Virus record (IMG/VR): IMGVR_UViG_3300037067_006949
Coordinates: 61,427-125,426 of that record
Strand: one strand, 5' to 3'
Length of the DNA: 64,000 nucleotides
Origin: a virus
Lineage: Duplodnaviria; Caudoviricetes
Position numbers and translations under genes: made by a program. Positions 41,785 to 50,605 of this stretch are shown piece by piece. The notes beneath the pieces were generated by a model that worked only from the letters and a program-made list of their open reading frames with translations, was not told the origin of the DNA and made no database searches. The first letter of the stretch is position 1. Every line of letters begins with the position of its first letter.

Positions 41785-42285
41785 TTATCCTCTTATTACT
41801 CGTATTCCAATTTTGCCAAATTCTTCAGACATATATTTGTCAAACAGTTTTTCCATTCCACCATCATCAAACATTTGTTTAATAAATATGTCCCAATATG
41901 GCTTTCTGGCTTTTGTCATCCATCCCGACTCGCCATCTATGTTCAAAATATCGGCAAGTTGTTCTCTCGCATCTCCACTATATGGATTCCCATGGAGATA
42001 AGTCGTAGGATCGTAATCCATCCCCATCCAATCATAATAAATCCTTGTAACCACTTGGTTCATGTTATTTTCTATGTCCGTAAGTTTGAATGCTTCTAAA
42101 AATTGAAATGTTGGCATGCCACTACCGTTATAATAGTATGCGTTAGGCAAACCGCCGAACTGATAAGTATATTCCATAATATCGTTTGCCAATATTTCTA
42201 TCATATCCAAACTTGCCTTTTTTATAACATTGGAGGCAATTGGCAAAAGCATCGCTCTAAGTTGAGCGTCATTTCTTGCTGGCAT
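41785..42285 (-). CDS. Putative tail completion/neck protein
   Basis: Immediately upstream of the tape measure gene; ARKPYW motif; AGGAGG RBS. Confidence 0.5.
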   Translation of the reverse strand: MPARNDAQLRAMLLPIASNVIKKASLDMIEILANDIMEYTYQFGGLPNAYYYNGSGMPTFQFLEAFKLTDIENNMNQVVTRIYYDWMGMDYDPTTYLHGNPYSGDAREQLADILNIDGESGWMTKARKPYWDIFIKQMFDDGGMEKLFDKYMSEEFGKIGIRVIRG

Positions 42286-42297
42286 ACATTACCTCCT

Positions 42298-42732
42298 TTA
42301 ATAAATAAATAAAATTTCTGTTCTAGGATTTTCTTTGGAATAATTACCTTTTATAGTCAAAGATTCCACATGATTAAAATCATCATCAATCAGAAGTCCA
42401 GAAACAGTAAACGAATCGAATAAATTTTTTGGGGTATAATTGTCAGCGTCGTGTCTTCTTTTACTGTCAAAAAAATATTCAATTACAATTTTACACTTGG
42501 ATAATTTTCTATTCTCGAATCCATAATATTTCACAAGCCAATTTCCAAAATCTTTCCACGCCTGTTTTTGTGTGTTCATTTTAAATCTAGGCATGATCAT
42601 CCATGTATTTAGGCTAGGAGGAATGGGTTTATTAATATTCCTTATTCTTCTTCTTGGATATTCTTTAAAATACCAATCATAATATTTATCTATAACGTCA
42701 TTATCAATTATAATTTTTATCTTATTTTTCAC
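42298..42732 (-). CDS. RusA-like Holliday junction resolvase
   Basis: PPSLN, RRHDADN..K...D...G.L.DD, PRTEI. Confidence 0.8.
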   Translation of the reverse strand: MKNKIKIIIDNDVIDKYYDWYFKEYPRRRIRNINKPIPPSLNTWMIMPRFKMNTQKQAWKDFGNWLVKYYGFENRKLSKCKIVIEYFFDSKRRHDADNYTPKNLFDSFTVSGLLIDDDFNHVESLTIKGNYSKENPRTEILFIY

Positions 42733-42752
42733 TTAAAATTCCTCTTTTATGT

Positions 42753-42789
42753 AAAAAAAAAGAGACACGCCATTTAGACGTGTCTCTTT
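42753..42789 (-). terminator. Intrinsic terminator
   Basis: GAGACACG...CGTGTCTC stem followed by a long U-tract on the minus strand. Confidence 0.7.
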
Positions 42790-42807
42790 CAATTGCTTCA
42801 TTACAAA

Positions 42808-43044
42808 TTAATCCCTTTTAAGAGATTGCAAGCTTTTACCAGCTTTGAGTGCCGCTACATTAGTAACGGTATCATCCACAGTGTAAGCTGCAATTAAAAA
42901 TCCGGCAAGTCCTTCAATCGTAGAAATTACAAGAGTCTGAACGCCAGGGTCAATAGGCACGTAATGTCCAAAGACGAGGGTCATAGATGCAACCAGTTGG
43001 GCAACTACAAAAGTCCAGAACCGACGAGATTTCAAGATACTCAT
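42808..43044 (-). CDS. Small two-TM holin-like protein
   Basis: ILKSRRFW followed by two hydrophobic helices and a basic tail. Confidence 0.6.
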   Translation of the reverse strand: MSILKSRRFWTFVVAQLVASMTLVFGHYVPIDPGVQTLVISTIEGLAGFLIAAYTVDDTVTNVAALKAGKSLQSLKRD

Positions 43045-43077
43045 TTTTTATTACTCCTTTTTATATAATTATGATTA

Positions 43078-43278
43078 TTATAATCCAGATTCGAATTTAT
43101 CTGGTCTATCGTGCTTATTGGCTATTTTTTTCTGATAGCCACAATCCTCACACTCTTCATATATGGCAGAATAACTCACTCCATCATCTTTCTGAATCCT
43201 GTTTACTAATTCCAGCAAACCATAACAATCAGGACACTTGCGTCTCAATTTTTTTATAATCTTCTTCTTGTTATCCAT
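43078..43278 (-). CDS. Small zinc-ribbon protein
   Basis: CPDC...CEDC. Confidence 0.6.
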   Translation of the reverse strand: MDNKKKIIKKLRRKCPDCYGLLELVNRIQKDDGVSYSAIYEECEDCGYQKKIANKHDRPDKFESGL

Positions 43279-43282
43279 AATT

Positions 43283-43858
43283 CTATTCTGTACTTTTGGA
43301 TGCCCTTTTTTTTCTAGGTTTTTTTACGATGGAAGTGGAACCAGGAAATTTTTCTTCTGTTTCTTTAACTACAGAACTAAGTTTTCCAACGAGATTATTA
43401 ATCCCATCCTGAGATAAATCAAGTTCTCCTATTTTATTAAGAAACCCTAAAACACCATTGGTAATTTCGTCCAGCGATTTTCCTAAACCGCTTTCTAATG
43501 TCCGAATCTCAATTTCTCTTTGCAATATTTTATCTAAACCAATCATAAATTCTTCATAGTTTTTTATTCTGGCTCTTATCTCATCCCAAAGACCGCTAGA
43601 GATAATCGAATCAAAATTTTTCTCATTGACATTAACGTTGGTACATTCTTGAAGAATTCCCATAATTACCGACCAATACGCACTATAATAACCTTCGACG
43701 ACTCCTTCAGAATCTATAAGAGAAAGATTAACAAAATCCTTCCCAATCTCCAACATAGACGCCTGTGGAATATATTGCATTACCTCTATATCATTTTTTT
43801 GAAATCCAAACTTTATTATCTCTGCATTATTAATGACAAAATCTAATTTGTCCATCAT
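43283..43858 (-). CDS. Hypothetical protein, possible tail assembly chaperone
   Basis: Between the tail tube and tape measure genes; CTNVNV...FD.IISSGLW. Confidence 0.5.
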   Translation of the reverse strand: MMDKLDFVINNAEIIKFGFQKNDIEVMQYIPQASMLEIGKDFVNLSLIDSEGVVEGYYSAYWSVIMGILQECTNVNVNEKNFDSIISSGLWDEIRARIKNYEEFMIGLDKILQREIEIRTLESGLGKSLDEITNGVLGFLNKIGELDLSQDGINNLVGKLSSVVKETEEKFPGSTSIVKKPRKKRASKSTE

Positions 43859-43883
43859 TTATCAATAATCCTTTTTATATTTG

Positions 43884-43908
43884 TTGGAGGGGTTGTTACA
43901 CCCCTCCA
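43884..43908 (-). terminator. Hairpin downstream of the tail tube genes
   Basis: TGGAGGGGT...ACCCCTCCA stem. Confidence 0.5.
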
Positions 43909-43912
43909 TAAG

Positions 43913-44113
43913 TTATTTTATTTCATCAACTATGTTTGGATAAAAATGAGGACAAGTTTCCCCATTCTTATTTGTGCTGGCTTCATATTTATGCAATTGA
44001 CTACACCATTTTACAAATCGGCAAACATTTCCTTTATTTCCATCTAAGTTGCAAAAGAAATATATTCCCGTCTCACCCAACGGCGTTCTTTGCTCACCGT
44101 TTGCACATATCAT
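43913..44113 (-). CDS. Small Cys-rich hypothetical protein
   Basis: 66 aa with 5 Cys; begins immediately after the tail tube stop. Confidence 0.55.
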   Translation of the reverse strand: MICANGEQRTPLGETGIYFFCNLDGNKGNVCRFVKWCSQLHKYEASTNKNGETCPHFYPNIVDEIK

Positions 44114-44115
44114 AA

Positions 44116-45141
44116 TTAGGTGATATTGATCATAACATAGTCAGTCAAAGAGCCACTCGGATAAGTGACATTGATTCTGACAGATTCCGCAATTGTAGTT
44201 GAAGATGCACTAGTTGTAATCAAACCAGTAGATGCGCCAACCGTAATACCAGAGCCAGAACTGCCAGACCGTACATAAGTACAATCACTTGTAATGTTTG
44301 TATTCGCATATACGCCACCACGAATACCTAAAACTGAAAGTTGGCTAGATTGTGCTGTTGATTTTGCCCAAGCAATAGTAGAAGGAATTGCAGCGATACT
44401 CGAATATTCTGTTGAACCAGTCACAGGGATATAAGATACTTTGGCATAATAATCACCAGTCGTGCAATCATTTGCCGAAGAAACAAGCGCCTTACCTTCA
44501 AGAGCCTGATTGCTAACGCCATTCGCAGCTAAGTTCAGGGTGTAATTACCGGCAACCTGAAAACGTGGAATATTTATTTGCAAATATTTCTTCACAGTCG
44601 CCAAGTTACTTGCTCGAATTTCAGCGATAAGAGTTAAATCCACAAGGCTAGGAGGAGTCGTAGATTCAACAGTCACCAAGTTTGCCGATTTTGATGTAAC
44701 ATAAATTGCAGTAACCAAGGCGTTTGCGCCACCAGAAACAGTAATGCTTTTCACAGCCGGAGTTACAACTTCGATTGCGCCACTGGGCAAAAGAACACTA
44801 ACGTCGCCAACTGGAGTTAAAGTAATTGTTCCAGAACCACTAGACGACAAGGTAAGGCAATCCGTTTGCAAAACATTTACATTACCAACAAGAATCGAAG
44901 TACCAGCGTTCAAAGACAGAATGGTCTCATCAAACGTAGCCTGTTCAACCTTAACAGAAAGCTCTCTGGTGTGATAGTACGAATAGATCAATGGGTTGTT
45001 GATACCAGCGCGAACATCGGCACTCTGCATACTTAATGTAAAAGCACTAGAGATGTTGGCTTTGCCATAAGCAATCGCAGCACCAGTTGTTGCATTGCGC
45101 AGAATTACATCTGCAACAGAAACAAGAAATTCATTTGTCAT
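44116..45141 (-). CDS. Major tail tube protein with C-terminal Ig-like domain
   Basis: DVRAGINNPL..YYH...V...A.F; QINIPRFQ; beta-rich Ser/Thr C-terminus; strong RBS. Confidence 0.75.
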   Translation of the reverse strand: MTNEFLVSVADVILRNATTGAAIAYGKANISSAFTLSMQSADVRAGINNPLIYSYYHTRELSVKVEQATFDETILSLNAGTSILVGNVNVLQTDCLTLSSSGSGTITLTPVGDVSVLLPSGAIEVVTPAVKSITVSGGANALVTAIYVTSKSANLVTVESTTPPSLVDLTLIAEIRASNLATVKKYLQINIPRFQVAGNYTLNLAANGVSNQALEGKALVSSANDCTTGDYYAKVSYIPVTGSTEYSSIAAIPSTIAWAKSTAQSSQLSVLGIRGGVYANTNITSDCTYVRSGSSGSGITVGASTGLITTSASSTTIAESVRINVTYPSGSLTDYVMINIT

Positions 45142-45160
45142 ATTTTATTTTCTCCTTTTG

Positions 45161-45994
45161 TTAACTGATATTTCCATCAGCATCAGCATTTCCTAGACCA
45201 CTATCATTCATGAACTTTTTCTCATCAACTAGTATAGTGCCATATCTGCTTTGCTTAGGAATATGAGATAGATAATGCTTGAATAATTCTTCACCAGATT
45301 TTGACGATATTTGTCCGGTAATTTCTTTTGGCTTAAAAAGATTGTAATCCTTCATAAGAACTTCTCTTTCCATCCTAGCCTTGAATTGAAACAATGTTTT
45401 TTCGCCAACTTCAATTTCAGACAAATTTGTCAATGAACAAAACGAATAAATCTCATCTTTAAAATCCGTATCGAGCGTATTTCTATTCAAAAATTCTAAT
45501 TTCTTTTCAAGATCAGGATTGTATCCCTCAACCCAATCAATAGATGAACCGTTTTGTTCAAGGACGATCTCTCTGATGTTATCAAACTCTTGTTCACTAA
45601 ATTCAATTCCATCTATAAACAAATGCAATGATATTTTTTCAAATGGATCGTCACTTTCTGGATGTTCAAAATATCTTAAATCAACTTCCTTTTCATGTGT
45701 TATTGATGATAAAAAGTCAATCAATTCCGTTACAATATCTATATTTGGGTCGGAAACTTTCATACTTTCTTGAACCACAAACATAAGGAACTTTATATAA
45801 CTCATTCTTAATATCGCTCTATCAGGGATATGATTTTTTGGATGAAAGAATAAATTATAAAGTTTTCCTTTCATTTCTACTTCTTTTACTTTTATTGGAT
45901 AGAACTTTATTCCCTTATATTCTTGTGGAAGCCCAAATACGTCATTTGATGGAATATAAATTTGAGAAACAATTGAGTTCATTATGTTGTCCAA
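45161..45994 (-). CDS. Conserved tail-region hypothetical protein
   Basis: FDNIREIVLEQN motif; neck/tail operon. Confidence 0.55.
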   Translation of the reverse strand: MDNIMNSIVSQIYIPSNDVFGLPQEYKGIKFYPIKVKEVEMKGKLYNLFFHPKNHIPDRAILRMSYIKFLMFVVQESMKVSDPNIDIVTELIDFLSSITHEKEVDLRYFEHPESDDPFEKISLHLFIDGIEFSEQEFDNIREIVLEQNGSSIDWVEGYNPDLEKKLEFLNRNTLDTDFKDEIYSFCSLTNLSEIEVGEKTLFQFKARMEREVLMKDYNLFKPKEITGQISSKSGEELFKHYLSHIPKQSRYGTILVDEKKFMNDSGLGNADADGNIS

Positions 45995-46539
45995 TTTGTC
46001 ATAATTAATGCATTTCCTCTCATCGGAGTTCTTCCATTAATTGTCATACGATTTTCAGGAGATGCCCTAACATCAAAAAATAATCTTCCAAGTCCTCCTA
46101 TTTCAGCACCATTAAAAACTTCTATAAGTTGTTGAGATATAGTGGATAATCTTGTTGAATAATTTGACATCGTATTTACTTTATAATGAGCATACACTTC
46201 AAAGAGCATACTTACCTGACCATATATATAATTTGTTGGCATTAGCTTGACGGGTGTTATCCTGATCACACACGCTTGTTCCGTCCATGGGTCATCCATA
46301 CCTACATCCATAAAAACCCTAAATTCAGTCTCTACCGGAGAACCATCATAAACCAAAGCTCCCTTTTGTGTTTTTGTAAGATTTGGATGATCTGTATCAT
46401 CTTTCCAAGCATCTTTATCATTATATTTCAACAACTTCCACACCAAATCATTATTATCCATCAAATATTTTATACAATTATAAGATAGACTTGGTATATC
46501 ATAAAATTTATTGTATTCTTCTTTTCTAGAATCTGTCAT
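45982..46539 (-). CDS. Putative tail terminator/neck protein
   Basis: Position and size; LWKLLKY-like motif and FNG.EIGGLG.L.F. Confidence 0.5.
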   Translation of the reverse strand: MTDSRKEEYNKFYDIPSLSYNCIKYLMDNNDLVWKLLKYNDKDAWKDDTDHPNLTKTQKGALVYDGSPVETEFRVFMDVGMDDPWTEQACVIRITPVKLMPTNYIYGQVSMLFEVYAHYKVNTMSNYSTRLSTISQQLIEVFNGAEIGGLGRLFFDVRASPENRMTINGRTPMRGNALIMTNWTT

Positions 46540-46543
46540 ATTA

Positions 46544-47572
46544 TCACCATGCGCCCATTAAAGAAATATCAAACGTTCTACTTCCAGAACTTCCACTACA
46601 ATTTATTGTTAGCGGGTAGTCTAAGAATATTTCATTGTTAATTATGGAGAATGTATTATTGTCTATTGTTGCAAACGTATAATGATCTGTCGGAACACTT
46701 GAACCAGAAACGGTAAATACAAACGAGCCACTTAATACGGTTGAACCGCTATACCCATGCACATCAAATACTTGCGATCCGCTTTCCAAAATTGCACCAT
46801 CATTGGGTGTTACTACAATGTTTGAAACAGAAGATGCGCTTGTAGAATATTTATGGTAGTCCGCAATCCCCAAAATAAGATTGTCAGTGTCATTGTTCAC
46901 ATATTCAACTTGCATCTCTAATGTAAGTAATTGAGCGGATGTGTTATCGGAAGTTTTTATGTTATTATAATTCCTATTTCCAGAGCCAAGAACCTTGAAG
47001 CATGTCCAATTATCTGTTCTTCCAAACAAAAATCTTTGTCCGCTTTTTATATTTGCAGTCGTTGAATTGAGTTGCGTAAAAACTTGCATATATCCGCCAG
47101 GATTTACGGGGTCAACTTGAGGAATTAGATCACGTGGATTATTAACTTTATAATCAATAACGCAAGGTTCGCTTGCATATGTGCCATCGCTCAACATCCA
47201 TCTCAAAACGTTATTACAGCGACGAACTGTTGCGCTCGCCGTAAGACTCTTGATTAACTCTGAGTTTATAGTTATCCATGTGTTTTCACTAAAATAAAAT
47301 TTTCGTCCTACCCCAGTTGTATGATTTATATCTTTAAATAGGATGCGTTTCCAGTCATCCCCCAAACGAACGTTTGTGTCAGGATCAACAGCCGACGTAA
47401 TTCTTACTTGTATGTCCACATAAGAACCACTTGCAAACACATATTCTTCGCTCACAGTAAAGACGTCTGTAGCAACCGCAAATTGATCTACAAGTAGCGC
47501 TTGAAACTGATCAATTAAAGTTGAACTTGCAGATGCCGGAGGAGAAGGAACGGGATAATATTTAAATGACAT
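46544..47572 (-). CDS. Putative head-closure/neck protein with C-terminal Ig-like domain
   Basis: RRCNNVLRW...PC motif; C-terminal beta domain rich in SGS. Confidence 0.55.
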   Translation of the reverse strand: MSFKYYPVPSPPASASSTLIDQFQALLVDQFAVATDVFTVSEEYVFASGSYVDIQVRITSAVDPDTNVRLGDDWKRILFKDINHTTGVGRKFYFSENTWITINSELIKSLTASATVRRCNNVLRWMLSDGTYASEPCVIDYKVNNPRDLIPQVDPVNPGGYMQVFTQLNSTTANIKSGQRFLFGRTDNWTCFKVLGSGNRNYNNIKTSDNTSAQLLTLEMQVEYVNNDTDNLILGIADYHKYSTSASSVSNIVVTPNDGAILESGSQVFDVHGYSGSTVLSGSFVFTVSGSSVPTDHYTFATIDNNTFSIINNEIFLDYPLTINCSGSSGSRTFDISLMGAW

Positions 47573-47580
47573 CTTCCCTC

Positions 47581-48051
47581 CTATACATCGTAATTCTGAT
47601 TTTTCCAGTTAGACCAATCATTTCTGTGATAGGCATAGTCCATGATCGCCTGACTCAGTTCTTCTTTAACTGAATTCAAATAATCCATTTTTGCCTTCAA
47701 ATTTTGAGATGCGCTAAACGTCTTGAAATCCCTATCAGTCACATGCAAATTCATTTGCAAGATATCGTTTACGGATTTTTGTAACCAATATTTAACCATA
47801 AAACGTGCGAGCATCAACTTATTAGTCATGTTCAGCGTTTCCGTAAACTGACCTTCAACTATACTTCCAGAAACGGTATACGTCAATGACTGGTCACAAA
47901 AATCTTCAAAATCTGCAATCGAATCTAATAGCCATCCTTCGACATATGTATTTAAAACAAACGATCCAGAAGCGGTATAAATAGTGTCCAAACGATAATC
48001 GCTAATTTTTGTGAGAAATAAATCTGTGATTTCACTGCTAGGAGTTGTCAT
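47581..48051 (-). CDS. Putative head-tail adaptor
   Basis: T..SEI.DLFL.KISDY, LARFMV.YW, DFK.FS; position after the capsid genes. Confidence 0.55.
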   Translation of the reverse strand: MTTPSSEITDLFLTKISDYRLDTIYTASGSFVLNTYVEGWLLDSIADFEDFCDQSLTYTVSGSIVEGQFTETLNMTNKLMLARFMVKYWLQKSVNDILQMNLHVTDRDFKTFSASQNLKAKMDYLNSVKEELSQAIMDYAYHRNDWSNWKNQNYDV

Positions 48052-48146
48052 ATATCATAGGCCTCCCTTCTCTAATTTTTAATATCAGAATAATAGCCAT
48101 AACATTGAATTATGGCTACCATAAGAATTCACTTAAAACGAATGTT

Positions 48147-48803
48147 TTAAGCTGATTTAAGATTTTGATTTTCTTTCATTTCTTCGCCAATACTGGCGAT
48201 ACTATATTTTCCGGTTGGATCAACTACGCGAGAAAAGCGATCCAAAACATTTAAATCAACGGGTTCGTCTTTCAACATTTTATCATGAATCATATTGATA
48301 ATAAATCGTCTCTGAACGTTACCACAAGACTTAAATAAATTAACCGCATCCGAATCATTTCCAATAAGAATTTTATCCATTTTTTCTTTCGTAAGAATTT
48401 TTGAATAAACATCATCTAATCCGTTCTTTCTAACAACGTTTCTATCTAGGACAACAAAATAACCATCATTGAGAAAGTTTGCATGTTGTTCCATAATATC
48501 AACCAAATCTTTATACATTATTCTTTTAACTTCACCAAAAGCGGTAAAGTTGAATTTTTTACCACGACCATATTCTTGAGTCGTTAAAGTCAGCAAATAT
48601 GGAGTCAAAGACATAACCTTTATATATTTATCTCCAGAGATAACAATTTCTTCATTGTCTTCGTCCATGTCATCTTCTTGTTTTAATCCTATCATTCCGT
48701 TTTCACTAAGCGATTTCTGTAAGTTATCAAATCTTTTTTTAAGTTCATCATATTCAGCCTTAGAAACGGTTTCTTTTATTTCTTTTTGTCTTGATTGTAC
48801 CAT
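48147..48803 (-). CDS. Hypothetical protein downstream of the major capsid gene
   Basis: Intact 218-aa ORF with GAGGA RBS. Confidence 0.6.
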   Translation of the reverse strand: MVQSRQKEIKETVSKAEYDELKKRFDNLQKSLSENGMIGLKQEDDMDEDNEEIVISGDKYIKVMSLTPYLLTLTTQEYGRGKKFNFTAFGEVKRIMYKDLVDIMEQHANFLNDGYFVVLDRNVVRKNGLDDVYSKILTKEKMDKILIGNDSDAVNLFKSCGNVQRRFIINMIHDKMLKDEPVDLNVLDRFSRVVDPTGKYSIASIGEEMKENQNLKSA

Positions 48804-48837
48804 TTTATCCTCTTTTCTCCTCTAATATAAAACATAT

Positions 48838-48863
48838 GGTGGGGTATATTTCAACCCCACCAT
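48838..48863 (-). terminator. Hairpin after the major capsid gene
   Basis: TGGTGGGGT...ACCCCACCA stem. Confidence 0.55.
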
Positions 48864-48907
48864 TTTCCTTTAAAATTTTATCATATACTAGATATGATAA
48901 ATGTTGA

Positions 48908-49996
48908 TTACAGGGTTATTACTGCCGCAATCGCATTAGTTGCAATGCCCGAACCCCATTTCTTAATAAGGGTTGTGGTTTGGGTAAGATCAGCATTCTC
49001 CCAAACACCAGAGGTATTGCTAAGGGTGCTACCTTCCAAGCAAAGTTTTACAATTTTCTGTGAAGAAGGAGCGATGATCCAAAGATAACTATCGGAAATT
49101 TTCAAAGCGCCAAACGTATCCAAATCTGCAACCTGTGGCATCCGCATCACATCATAACCACTGATGGTTGGAATGTAACCAAGGGTTACAAATGGGTCTG
49201 AAAGAGTATAGCGATAATTGGCATCATCGGGCAGAACATTTAACAAAGCCGAAGCAGTACCAACAACCAACGGTTTTGCACCCATAGACCAAGCACCAAC
49301 CTGTTGGCAGAGGCGAATCAAATTGGCTTGGCTATATCCAGCAACTCTTAATCCAGTTGTGGCAGTATCATCAAGGGCAGCCATACCCGCAGCAAACACA
49401 GCATAAACATCAAGCGCCATAGCTGTTTCAATGCTGCGAATGCATTTTGAAACCAAATTAGCAAGAGATTCTTTGCCAGCCAAAACAGAATACATAGAAA
49501 CGCCAACTGTAATCTGATGTGATTCTGGCACAATAGTAACCTGACCACGATATTGTTTTTTAACTTCGGTTGAACGTTGAGCGTTACCATGTTTAGAAAC
49601 TGCAAATAAATCACGTGGTTCGATATCGAACGCAAAGCTATCACCAAAAGCGCCTTGGCGCACATCAGTATACAGCCCAACGGTATCAATAACGGAATCT
49701 GGCAGAACCATATCCACTAAAGCATTGACCACAGCAAACATTTCGTGGGCAATCAGAGGGTGAGTAAACCATTGATCAAGATTGTCTTCGGTGGCATAAT
49801 TAACGCCACTACGTTTGACAATTTCTTTAACAAGAGCTTTGTTCAATTTCGATTCTTTCTCTTCGAAAGAAATGGAATGATCATACTCTTTGTTTTTCTT
49901 CTCATCAACGGCAAGGTGATGATTCCAATAATCCAAGAACTGTTCTTGCAGTTTACCATCGGCGGCAAATGTTAGAGCATTGGTAGGGATTTTCAT
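48908..49996 (-). CDS. Major capsid protein
   Basis: 362 aa; follows protease/scaffold and decoration genes; AGGAGG RBS; followed by a hairpin. Confidence 0.8.
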   Translation of the reverse strand: MKIPTNALTFAADGKLQEQFLDYWNHHLAVDEKKNKEYDHSISFEEKESKLNKALVKEIVKRSGVNYATEDNLDQWFTHPLIAHEMFAVVNALVDMVLPDSVIDTVGLYTDVRQGAFGDSFAFDIEPRDLFAVSKHGNAQRSTEVKKQYRGQVTIVPESHQITVGVSMYSVLAGKESLANLVSKCIRSIETAMALDVYAVFAAGMAALDDTATTGLRVAGYSQANLIRLCQQVGAWSMGAKPLVVGTASALLNVLPDDANYRYTLSDPFVTLGYIPTISGYDVMRMPQVADLDTFGALKISDSYLWIIAPSSQKIVKLCLEGSTLSNTSGVWENADLTQTTTLIKKWGSGIATNAIAAVITL

Positions 49997-50026
49997 ATTT
50001 ATATATTCCTCCTTTTATGATTAAAA

Positions 50027-50575
50027 CTAATTGTACAGAACTTCGAACTTGAAGGCATCTACACGTTGGCTATCAATAGCACCACTACCAATAGAAATGT
50101 AATCATGTGCCAAGAAACGAAGACAGAAAGTGCCAGTACCAGCAGGCGCAGCAGCCCAAGATAATTTGAAGCTTCCGGCTGTTGCAACGGCAAAAGCTAC
50201 ATGTGTGCTGGAATCTAATGCATCAGCACTCAAAGTGATGACATCACCAGGCTGTGGTTTGAAGGCATCAAACACTTTTCCACCAAGATTATAGAAATTG
50301 CGTGGATCAGAATTTAAACCCTTGTAGACAAGAGTTCCGTCAACAGTGATGGGAACTTCTGGACTTGCGGCCATCCACAGACTTGAAATAGAGCCAGATG
50401 AAGCCATGGTTGTGAGCCAAACTTCTTTGGCAGAACCAGAAGTGCCTTGGCTTACCAGATTAAATACATTTCCATTATCAATATCGGTAAGAACCGACCC
50501 TGAAAATACCGAGCGATTCAGTGCACGATTATCGGCAGCAGCTACTTGATTCTTTATTAAAATCGCATGTGACAT
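50027..50575 (-). CDS. Capsid decoration/stabilising protein
   Basis: DIDNG...FYN...AFKP..GD motif; lies between scaffold and capsid; RBS region nearly identical to that of the capsid gene. Confidence 0.65.
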   Translation of the reverse strand: MSHAILIKNQVAAADNRALNRSVFSGSVLTDIDNGNVFNLVSQGTSGSAKEVWLTTMASSGSISSLWMAASPEVPITVDGTLVYKGLNSDPRNFYNLGGKVFDAFKPQPGDVITLSADALDSSTHVAFAVATAGSFKLSWAAAPAGTGTFCLRFLAHDYISIGSGAIDSQRVDAFKFEVLYN

Positions 50576-50605
50576 ATTATATATTCCTCCTTAAATTTTT
50601 GTTAT